Of a DNA stretch of 58,048 bases, positions 37,593 through 45,837 are shown piece by piece (position 1 is the stretch's first letter; the number at the start of each line of letters is the position of its first letter). The DNA lies in NCBI GenBank assembly GCA_963622995.1, contig CAVFLH010000001.1, positions 1-58,048 of the forward strand. The letters run 5' to 3'. The position numbers and the translations under genes were made by a program. The notes under the pieces are model-generated. The model saw nothing but the letters and a program-made list of their open reading frames with translations, searched no databases and had not been told where the DNA came from. This DNA is from an uncultured Eubacteriales bacterium (GTDB taxonomy: Bacteria; Bacillota; Clostridia; Lachnospirales; Lachnospiraceae).

Positions 37593-39568
37593 TAGCAAAC
37601 CTCGGAACCGGACTTGATATCCTTTGCCGGGCTCATAAGAGCAAGGTTGCCCTCGTCATCCTCAGCGCAGAGAATCATGCCCTCAGATACCATTCCAGCA
37701 AGCTTCGCTGGCTTTAAGTTTGTAACGACCATAACTTTTCTGCCGACCATGTCTTCCGGTTTGTACCATGCCTTGATGCCGCTTAAGATCTGTCTTGTCT
37801 CGGAACCGATCTTAACCTGGGAGCAGAGTAACTTCTTGGACTTCGGAACTTCCTCACACTTTACGATCTCACCGATCTGGAACTGAAGCTTTGCGAAATC
37901 ATCATATGTGATCTCCGGCTTCTTCTCAACGTCCATACCCGGCTTCTCGTCTTCCTTCTTCTCTTCCTTGTTCTCCGCTACAGCTGCTGCCTTCATGGCC
38001 TCAACCTTCTCCATAACATCCTTGATGTCCATACGTGCGAACAGGATCTCCGGCTTCTCTGTTACCTTGTTTCCATTCGGGTACAGGCCGAAGGTGTTCA
38101 TGTCCTCGAGGGATCTCTTCTCTGTATTTAACTGAGCGAGGATCTTCTCGGATGTCTGCGGCATGAAGGAGAATAACAGGGATGCACCGATGGTGATCGC
38201 CTCTGTCAGGTTGTAGAGAACGGTTGCGAGACGGTCTTTCTTCGCCTCATCCTTTGCAAGTGTCCACGGAGTCGTCTCGTCGATGTACTTGTTGCTGCGG
38301 CGGAAGATATTGAAGATCTCTGTGATCGCGTCTGCGACACGGAGCTTGTTCATCTTCTCGTCTACCTTCTTGACAGTCTCAAGAACGGTTGCCTTTAACT
38401 CTTCGTCAACCGGCTCTGCGACGCCCTTGTTCTCGACAACGCCGCCGAAATATTTATTTGTCATGGAAACGGTACGGTTTACAAGGTTTCCAAGGATATT
38501 TGCAAGATCAGAGTTCATGCGCTCAACCATGAGATCCCAGGAGATCACGCCATCGTTCTCGAACGGCATCTCATGAAGCACGAAGTAACGGACTGCGTCA
38601 ACGCCGAAGAAGTCAACAAGTGTATCAGCGTAGAGTACGTTTCCTTTGGACTTACTCATCTTGCCGTCACCCTGTAACAGCCACGGATGTCCGAATACCT
38701 GCTTCGGAAGCGGAAGACCGAGAGCCATTAAGAAGATCGGCCAGTAAATGGTATGGAAGCGGATGATATCCTTACCGATCAGGTGAAGGTCTGCCGGCCA
38801 GTATTTCTTGAATTTCTCGTCGCTGTTTCCGTCACAGTCATATCCGATACCGGTGATATAGTTGGTCAGCGCGTCAAGCCATACATAGGTAACGTGCTTC
38901 GGATCGAAGGTTACCGGAATGCCCCACTTGAAGGAAGTTCTGGATACGCAGAGATCCTGAAGTCCCGGAAGCAGGAAGTTGTTCATCATCTCGTTCTTTC
39001 TGGATACCGGCTGGATGAACTCCGGATGCTCGTTGATGTACTCGATGAGCTTCGGAGCGTATTTGCTCATACGGAAGAAGTATGCCTCTTCCTTTGCCGG
39101 CTGTACCGGACGTCCGCAGTCCGGGCATTTTCCGTCAACGACCTGGGACGGAGTCCAGAAAGACTCACACGGTGTGCAGTAGAGTCCCTCATAATGTCCT
39201 TTGTAGATATCGCCCTGGTCATATAATTTCTTGAAGATCTTCTGAACCTGTTTCTCATGGTAATCATCTGTGGTACGAATAAATTTATCATAGGAAGTGT
39301 TCATGAGATCCCAGATCTCCTTGATCTGTCCTGCTACGTTGTCAACGAACTCCTTCGGAGTTACGCCTGCGTCTGCAGCCTTTAACTCGATCTTCTGGCC
39401 GTGCTCGTCGGTTCCTGTCTGGAAGTAAACGTCATAGCCCTGCTCTCTCTTATAGCGGGCGATCGCGTCTGCTAATACGATCTCGTAGGTGTTTCCGATA
39501 TGCGGTTTGCCGGATGTATAGGCGATCGCTGTGGAAATGTAATATGGTTTCTTACAGTTTGTACACAT
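37592..39568 (-). CDS. metG: Methionine--tRNA ligase with C-terminal tRNA-binding domain
   Basis: HIGN, GTDEHGQKI, Zn knuckle, KMSKS and C-terminal Trbp111-like domain. Confidence 0.98.
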   Translation of the reverse strand: MCTNCKKPYYISTAIAYTSGKPHIGNTYEIVLADAIARYKREQGYDVYFQTGTDEHGQKIELKAADAGVTPKEFVDNVAGQIKEIWDLMNTSYDKFIRTTDDYHEKQVQKIFKKLYDQGDIYKGHYEGLYCTPCESFWTPSQVVDGKCPDCGRPVQPAKEEAYFFRMSKYAPKLIEYINEHPEFIQPVSRKNEMMNNFLLPGLQDLCVSRTSFKWGIPVTFDPKHVTYVWLDALTNYITGIGYDCDGNSDEKFKKYWPADLHLIGKDIIRFHTIYWPIFLMALGLPLPKQVFGHPWLLQGDGKMSKSKGNVLYADTLVDFFGVDAVRYFVLHEMPFENDGVISWDLMVERMNSDLANILGNLVNRTVSMTNKYFGGVVENKGVAEPVDEELKATVLETVKKVDEKMNKLRVADAITEIFNIFRRSNKYIDETTPWTLAKDEAKKDRLATVLYNLTEAITIGASLLFSFMPQTSEKILAQLNTEKRSLEDMNTFGLYPNGNKVTEKPEILFARMDIKDVMEKVEAMKAAAVAENKEEKKEDEKPGMDVEKKPEITYDDFAKLQFQIGEIVKCEEVPKSKKLLCSQVKIGSETRQILSGIKAWYKPEDMVGRKVMVVTNLKPAKLAGMVSEGMILCAEDDEGNLALMSPAKDIKSGSEVC

Positions 39569-39741
39569 GGATAATTCCTCCTGTTTTTTTCTCTTTTTTT
39601 ACGGCTCTTCTCCTGCCGGTTATCTGCTCACAAAATACAACTCTTTTTCTGTATCTTTCAGGCATAACTGGCAAACAAAGCGCAGTCTGCGCCAGGGACT
39701 TTCTGCTGTTAAATGCTTCTTCTGGGACTTATCGCATTGCA

Positions 39742-40005
39742 TAAAAAAAGCCCGTCTTTATTATTAAAGACGAGTTCCCCCGTGTTACCACTTTAAATTC
39801 GGCGATGCCTCGCGGTCATCACCCTCACCGGCTGTCATCAAGCAGCCTGACGCGCTAACGGGCGCTTCCGGCACAGGCTAACATTTGCTTTCTTTCACCT
39901 GCACAGCTCCGGGACCATCTTCCGCCGTCTCTCCACTCCCCTTTCACACCAACCGGGGTCTCTGAAAGCTTCCTTTCGGCATACTCTTCCCTTCCTAGCT
40001 TTTTC
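39742..40005 (-). promoter_or_regulatory. T-box riboswitch, specifier AUG (Met)
   Basis: Stem I with AGAGA and GGTGTGA, specifier GAAG-ATG-G (39918-39916), T-box AAGTGGTAACACG, and terminator CTCGTCTTTAAT..ATAAAGACGGGC + U-run. Lies upstream of metG. Confidence 0.95.
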
Positions 40006-40019
40006 CATATAACGTCTCT

Positions 40020-40048
40020 AGTCTATCCTGTTCATCCCCATTTGTCAA
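40020..40048 (-). promoter_or_regulatory. Sigma-A promoter of the metG leader
   Basis: TTGACA-17 bp-TAGACT. Confidence 0.65.
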
Positions 40049-40182
40049 GGTATCCTTGATGTGTCCGAGTGATTTCCATGACTGTTTTTTACCTGATCGT
40101 TCTGCCTGACATGTTGTCCTGAACTATGAGTCCAAAAGCGGATGTCCGGATCACCTCTCCGGACACCCGCTCTCTCCATTCT

Positions 40183-40665
40183 TTAGTAATTTTCGATTCT
40201 TCTCTGCTTTCTCAACTCGTTTCTCTTTTCTCCTGCTGCCCAGGCTGCCTTTTCCTCCTCAGTCTCAACGATGAGTCCCGGAACTTCGATTGGACGATCA
40301 TGCTCATCGAGTGCAACCATAACAACATATGCTGTGTTTACCAGCCTTCTCGTTCCCTCAAGGTTTTCCACATAACTGTCTACCTGTACCTCCATAGATG
40401 TACGACCGACATATGTAAGCTTTCCGAGAAGAATCAGTGTGTCATTGAGATGAACTGCCTCTTTAAACTGGAGGTTATCGATAGATGCCGTTGTCTGATT
40501 ATGGTGGGAATGTCTTCTGGACACAACGCCTGCAACGATATCGATCCACTCCATCAGCTGTCCGCCGAATAAACGGCCGGCACCGTTGATATGGCTGCTT
40601 AAAATAATCTGGGTCTGCTCGACCTGAGATTCTGATACATGACGCATTAATCTTGTTTCTTCCAT
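40183..40665 (-). CDS. Acyl-CoA thioesterase (hotdog fold, YciA-like)
   Basis: INGAGRLFGGQLMEWID, TASID, YVGRTSMEV and VMVALDE. ATG 40665 follows GAGGAG. Confidence 0.9.
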   Translation of the reverse strand: MEETRLMRHVSESQVEQTQIILSSHINGAGRLFGGQLMEWIDIVAGVVSRRHSHHNQTTASIDNLQFKEAVHLNDTLILLGKLTYVGRTSMEVQVDSYVENLEGTRRLVNTAYVVMVALDEHDRPIEVPGLIVETEEEKAAWAAGEKRNELRKQRRIENY

Positions 40666-40869
40666 AATAAATAGTCTCTCCTCTCTTTTCCTTCGACAGA
40701 TATGCGCTGTGTGCTGGGGCCGCACATTTGTCTTTTGCCGCGATACCATCTAGTATACTTTCTTTTTTTCTTTTTTTCAAGTGTCTTGAGATGTTTTATT
40801 ATATAATAATGGTAGTTTACCTTATTTGTCAAATATTTAGTGCGCAATTACTGACTTTTAGAATAAATA

Positions 40870-42108
40870 TCATCTCACATTCCTTTCCGCCTTAAAATAC
40901 ACGATCCTCATTTCCTCCTTCGGCAGATGGCATGCAAAGCTGAAACGATTCTTTGTCTCCCATACGCTTCCGATCGTCCGGTCTGTCACTCTGTAGCCCA
41001 GTCTCTTTAAAACTTCCCGTTCCAACGGAATCTTTAGCTTATCCGGCGAACCTTCCGGGTATTTCTGCATGAATAGTTTTCTCGATTTTGCCTGGTCATT
41101 CATATCAAGATCCACTCCGGTGATCAGCGCATTCGGCTTCATATACGGCTCCATGTTCTCAAAATAGTTGCTCTTAAAGTAAAAGTCAGATTCAATACAG
41201 CTGAAAAAAGCCACATTGACATCCACACAGTGTTCAGCCAGCGGATAATCCATGGAGGCATCCGCAATATATAAAATATCCCGATCCAGATTTAATGCGG
41301 AGATCAGTTTTTTGTACATGGAGATTGTCTCCGGATATTTGTCAATAATAATATACAAAGCATCCTTCGGAAGTTCGTGAAGATGTGTATACAGATAAAA
41401 ATATCCGTTCACGAAATTCTCCAGGATCACCTTTCCGGTAAGATCCCGCTCTCCAAGATCTTTCTGTATCTGGTCAGATGCCAACTGATAGCACTTCAGA
41501 AAGTCATTCGTAAGCGTCTGGTACAATTCCCGCTTCACATCCGGAGAATCATAAATTGCGGTATAGCGGTTTTTTGTCATCAAAATCCCTTTTTCGATGG
41601 ATGCCTCGTATCCGCAGCTACAGACAAGTTTTCCATCGTACAGATATTTATACGCAAACATCGCATTGCGGACCTCCAACTGTTTTTTACAATGCGGACA
41701 TACAAGGTACGGCAGTGCCCGGATCGGAACACCCTGGTGCTCCATACTCGGCTTTCCTGCCTCCTCGAACTCCCGAAGTTCTTTCGAAACCAGTTCTTCC
41801 GCTCCTTTGATGGCGACCTGCTCTGCCGCGAGTTCTCCGGCCTTTTCCTGAAGCATTTGGATATACTGCTTCATGGTCTCCGGCTCCACCCAGTTGGATG
41901 TCCGTTTCAGGTTCATGATATCTTCGATCTCCTTCAGGTGAAAGCGCATGGATTTCAGTTTCTGGATATACTGGAGGTTTTCTGCCTCCCTGGGAGAAAA
42001 ATCATACTGGGATCCATTTTTATGAGGAATCAAAAGTCCGATCGAAATATAATGCCGGATCGTGTCGATCGTCACGTTGTTGAGTCTTGCAAGTTCACCG
42101 ATTTTCAT
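40870..42108 (-). CDS. MerR-family regulator with Zn-ribbon and degenerate SAM-methyltransferase-like C-terminal domain
   Basis: MKIGELA..TIRHYISIGLLIP HTH and coiled coil, then CPHC...CSC, then a Rossmann-like region (IIIDKY, YIADASMDYPL, MKPNALI). ATG 42108 follows GGAGG. Confidence 0.8.
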   Translation of the reverse strand: MKIGELARLNNVTIDTIRHYISIGLLIPHKNGSQYDFSPREAENLQYIQKLKSMRFHLKEIEDIMNLKRTSNWVEPETMKQYIQMLQEKAGELAAEQVAIKGAEELVSKELREFEEAGKPSMEHQGVPIRALPYLVCPHCKKQLEVRNAMFAYKYLYDGKLVCSCGYEASIEKGILMTKNRYTAIYDSPDVKRELYQTLTNDFLKCYQLASDQIQKDLGERDLTGKVILENFVNGYFYLYTHLHELPKDALYIIIDKYPETISMYKKLISALNLDRDILYIADASMDYPLAEHCVDVNVAFFSCIESDFYFKSNYFENMEPYMKPNALITGVDLDMNDQAKSRKLFMQKYPEGSPDKLKIPLEREVLKRLGYRVTDRTIGSVWETKNRFSFACHLPKEEMRIVYFKAERNVR

Positions 42109-42142
42109 ACCGCTCCCTCCTCGTTTTCTCTTCATGAGACAG

Positions 42143-42170
42143 AAAAGGGGAGTCCTTCCCCGGACTCCCC
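42143..42170 (-). terminator. Intrinsic terminator between the YfcC gene and the MerR gene
   Basis: GGGGAGTCC-N6-GGACTCCCC followed by a U-run on the minus strand. Confidence 0.7.
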
Positions 42171-42208
42171 CATTTCGATTCTATCAAAAAATTTATATTT
42201 TCGCAATA

Positions 42209-43594
42209 TCAACAATATCCGATATTCATCGCAACTACAAGAACGACACAGGAGATCACAAACAGCCCACACACTAACGGAAGAATAAATCTCTCCCATT
42301 TTGAAAACGGCACACGTCCAAAACTCAGTGCCAAGAGCAGAACTCCGAGAAGCGGAGTGCAGAGGTTTGTAAAGCTGTCACCGAACTGGTATGCCAAAAT
42401 CGCTACCTGTGACTCAATTCCGACGATCTGCGCGATCGGAAGCACGATTGGCATAACAATCAGCGCTTTGCCGGATCCCGACGGGATGATCAGGTTGATC
42501 AGCATGATCACCACCAGAATTCCGATGATGGAGATTACCGGTGACAAACCGCTCAGGGGTTTGGAGAGATAATATACGATTGTGTCGAGGATCGATGCCT
42601 GTGTGAATACCCAGGAAATTCCGTATGCAACACCCATGATAAAGCAGGCACCGGTCATGCCGGAGGCGCCTTTGATGAACGTCTCCGCAGTTCCGTTGAT
42701 TCCAAGCCCGGATAAGAGGCAGGAAACGATTCCTGTGATGATAAAAATCGCACCGAGGTGGTTAAAGTTCCACGCCCAGTTAATCGCACCATACACATAG
42801 TAGGCGATTCCGCCAAGCAGAACTAGAATGATTACCGCGTGTTTCCCGGTAAACGGCTGGGATTCAAAGGCACTGGCATCAAATGCAAGGTCGGAAACAT
42901 CCACGCCCACAACCAGACTCTTTTCCGGGTTTTTCTGTATCTTCTTCGCATACTGGAGAATATACAGGAGACACACTGCCGGAATCACGATAAACAAGGC
43001 AATTCTGAGACCGATTCCGGAGTACATTCCAAGTCCGGCTAACGTCTGGGAAACTCCGACGGTGTATGGGTTTGTCGGGCCGCAGGAGAATCCTGCAATT
43101 GCTCCGACAATGGCAATCGCTACTCCCACGATGGAGTCATATCCGAGTCCGATTGCAATGGAGATTGCGATTGGGATAAACGGAATGGATCCCTCGATAA
43201 ATCCAAGGAAGCCTCCCATAAGAGCGAAAATATAAAACAGAAAAACCAGGATCAGATTACCTCGGCTTAAGCCTACCTTTTTTATAACACGGGAGATTCC
43301 GATATTTAAAGCACCGGATGCCTGAATACACTCAAGACCACCGCCGATCAGGAGCGCTGCGATCAGGAGGCTCACGCTGTTCGTCATTCCTGCCGGGATC
43401 GCGAGGAAAATATCGAAAGGAGTTGCCGGATGCCGGTCGATAAATGCAAAGCTTGTCGGGTCTACGGCCATCTTTCCGTTAACCTCCGTCCGCACATAAG
43501 CGCCCGCCGGAATCAGATATGTAAGGATCACCGCGCCGATGATCATGAAAAACAATAGTGCAATCGAGTTCAGAGGTTTCTTTTCCTTTTTCAT
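42209..43594 (-). CDS. YfcC-family (IT superfamily) transporter
   Basis: LTYLIPAGAY, NPYTVGVSQ, IPSGSGKA..MPI and AYQFGD; about 12 TM. Confidence 0.85.
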   Translation of the reverse strand: MKKEKKPLNSIALLFFMIIGAVILTYLIPAGAYVRTEVNGKMAVDPTSFAFIDRHPATPFDIFLAIPAGMTNSVSLLIAALLIGGGLECIQASGALNIGISRVIKKVGLSRGNLILVFLFYIFALMGGFLGFIEGSIPFIPIAISIAIGLGYDSIVGVAIAIVGAIAGFSCGPTNPYTVGVSQTLAGLGMYSGIGLRIALFIVIPAVCLLYILQYAKKIQKNPEKSLVVGVDVSDLAFDASAFESQPFTGKHAVIILVLLGGIAYYVYGAINWAWNFNHLGAIFIITGIVSCLLSGLGINGTAETFIKGASGMTGACFIMGVAYGISWVFTQASILDTIVYYLSKPLSGLSPVISIIGILVVIMLINLIIPSGSGKALIVMPIVLPIAQIVGIESQVAILAYQFGDSFTNLCTPLLGVLLLALSFGRVPFSKWERFILPLVCGLFVISCVVLVVAMNIGYC

Positions 43595-43598
43595 ACGC

Positions 43599-44828
43599 CT
43601 ACACTCCTTCCGTATTTAAATATTCAAGCATCTTTACCGCATTGTTCACATGTACCCGGATTCCGATGAGAAGTGCCTCCGGGTCAAGATGGAAGTATGG
43701 ATTGTGGAGTGCCGGAGAATTCTCACCTTTCCCGACGCCCAGCCAGAAAAATGTTCCCGGAACCTTCGCAAGGTACGCGCCGCAGTCCTCACTCGTCATC
43801 GCCGGTTCCTCTGTGTCGATCACATTTTCCGCGCCGAGAAGTTCTGATAAGACTTCCACCGTCTTCTCCGTAAATTTCACATCGTTGATGCACGGCTGAT
43901 AACCTTCCGTGTGTTCATATTTTAAGGTACACCGGTTCGCCTTCGCGATGGAATCCGCCAGTTCCTCCACCCGTTTTGTCAGGTGTTCCCGGACCTTCTG
44001 ATTGAATGTGCGGTATCCGCCCTCCAGGACAACGCTGTCCGCAACTGCGTTCCATACAGATCCAGGTGTCTCCAATTTTCCGATTGAAAATACACATGTC
44101 TCCAGCGCGCTCACTTCTCTTGTGGGCAGCATGTGGATCGCGCTGATCAGCTCCCCCGCCGTCGGGACTGGATCCACCGCCTCATGAGGTCTCGCGCCGT
44201 GTCCCCCATGTCCCTGGATCGTGATCTTAAACACATCGCTGGAGGCGCAGGCATTCTTTTTTGAGACGAAAACTTTTCCGGTTGGCACCGAAGGCTGTAC
44301 ATGCATCACCAGACATGCATCCACGCCTTCCATAACGCCTTCCTTAACCATGAACGCCGCGCCTCCGGCGCCATCATATCCAGCTGCCTTTACCTTCTCC
44401 TTCATGAACTCCGGCGTTTCCTCCTCTGCCGGCTGGAAAACAAATTTAATTTTCCCGGAGAAATCCTCTTTATGTCTTGCAAGCACCGCTGCCGCGCCCA
44501 GGAGCATCGTCACATGCCCGTCATGTCCGCAGGCATGCATGTTTCCTTCATACTCGGATCTGTAGCTGCACTCCGCCAGTTCCTTGATCGCCAGACAGTC
44601 CATATCCGCGCGGATCATCAGAGTTTTTCCCGATCTGCCAGAATCCAGGACTCCAACTACTCCTGTCATCGCCACATGTTCCGTGACGGACAGTCCGCAT
44701 TTTTTCAGATATTCCGCGATAATGCCGGATGTACGGATCTCATTGAATCCGCGTTCCGGATGGCGGTGCAGGTCTTCAAACATCGCCGTCACAGAATCCT
44801 TCATCTCCATAATCTCCTGCTCATACAT
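43599..44828 (-). CDS. M20D-family amidohydrolase
   Basis: LHRHPE, RADMD, MHACGHDGH, FQPAEE, GHGGHG, SED and LHNPYF. ATG 44828 follows GGAGG. Confidence 0.92.
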   Translation of the reverse strand: MYEQEIMEMKDSVTAMFEDLHRHPERGFNEIRTSGIIAEYLKKCGLSVTEHVAMTGVVGVLDSGRSGKTLMIRADMDCLAIKELAECSYRSEYEGNMHACGHDGHVTMLLGAAAVLARHKEDFSGKIKFVFQPAEEETPEFMKEKVKAAGYDGAGGAAFMVKEGVMEGVDACLVMHVQPSVPTGKVFVSKKNACASSDVFKITIQGHGGHGARPHEAVDPVPTAGELISAIHMLPTREVSALETCVFSIGKLETPGSVWNAVADSVVLEGGYRTFNQKVREHLTKRVEELADSIAKANRCTLKYEHTEGYQPCINDVKFTEKTVEVLSELLGAENVIDTEEPAMTSEDCGAYLAKVPGTFFWLGVGKGENSPALHNPYFHLDPEALLIGIRVHVNNAVKMLEYLNTEGV

Positions 44829-44891
44829 AAAACTTCCTCCTTCCAGATGCATTTATGTCATTCCACAGCTGTCAGTGTCCTGACTGCGGTG

Positions 44892-45629
44892 TCATTTCTC
44901 ACAGGCTTTTAAGAAAGCCCGAAAGATCCCCTGCTGCATATCATCGTCGTACATCATTTCCGGATGCCACTGGACTGCTGCCACAAATTTCTTTCCGGGC
45001 AGCTCCACGCCCTCTACGATTTCTTCCTCCGTCTTTGCGGATGCTGTGAGCGCCGGTGCCAGATCTTTCACCGCCTGATGATGCAAGGAGTTTACCCAGT
45101 GTTTTCCAGGTCCGAGGATCGAGCTTAACAGCGTATCCTTTTCTACCGTCACACTGTGCACCGGAACATTTCTCCTGTTCGTCAGAATGCTGTGCGCGTA
45201 AAGTCCGTCCGTCACCACATCCTGGTGAAGCGTGCCGCCGAAAAATACGTTCATGATCTGAATTCCCCGGCATACACCGAGAACCGGAATATCCATCTCC
45301 ACCGCCTTCTTTAAAAGTTCCATCTCGTATCTGTCCCGGTCCGGATCAAGGCTGCCGCAGCAGTTTACCCGCTCCCCGTAAAGAGAGGGACTCACGTCAT
45401 TTCCGCCGCTGATGATCAGCCCGTCTATCGTCTCCAGAATCTCACATGCCCGGTCTGCATCCTTATCGATGGGGATCAGAACCGGCATTCCGCCTGCTCT
45501 CCAGACTGCGTCCAGATAATCCTGGGCGATCAGCTGCCACGCCTGTTCCTTCGCCCCGATTCCCGCGTGAAATGCGTCTGGAACCTCCGCAAGATAATTG
45601 CAGGTAATTCCTATCAGTTTCCGTTTCAT
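44892..45629 (-). CDS. Peptidase C26 / PuuD-like gamma-glutamyl hydrolase
   Basis: SGGNDVSP, LGVCRGIQ (catalytic Cys), VNSLHHQA and VQWHPE. ATG 45629 follows AGGAGG. Confidence 0.9.
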   Translation of the reverse strand: MKRKLIGITCNYLAEVPDAFHAGIGAKEQAWQLIAQDYLDAVWRAGGMPVLIPIDKDADRACEILETIDGLIISGGNDVSPSLYGERVNCCGSLDPDRDRYEMELLKKAVEMDIPVLGVCRGIQIMNVFFGGTLHQDVVTDGLYAHSILTNRRNVPVHSVTVEKDTLLSSILGPGKHWVNSLHHQAVKDLAPALTASAKTEEEIVEGVELPGKKFVAAVQWHPEMMYDDDMQQGIFRAFLKACEK

Positions 45630-45660
45630 CCATCTCTCCTCCTTTGATTTTATGAGTCCC

Positions 45661-45691
45661 ATTCTACTTTTTTGCCCTAACCGTATGTCAA
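45661..45691 (-). promoter_or_regulatory. Promoter with 19-bp spacer (MerR-type)
   Basis: TTGACA (45691-45686), 19 bp, TAGAAT (45666-45661). Imperfect dyad at 45672-45691. Confidence 0.65.
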
Positions 45692-45837
45692 GTACCTGTT
45701 TTCTCCAATTTTTTCAAAAATGTTGGGTTACCCGATGTTTTTCTATCTGTTCTGTGCTGCCGGTTTCTTTCATATATTGGACCAAATGGCTCTCTGTGAC
45801 TCAGATCTGCCTGCTGTTTCCCGGGAGGTTTCTGCCT

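Noticed and set aside
45598..45837. N-terminal extension of the DUF885 ORF, and similar extensions on etfB, the HtrA-like gene, thioesterase, symporter and permeases
   Set aside because: The extensions overlap neighbouring genes or promoters. Downstream ATGs have better RBS or family-typical N-termini.
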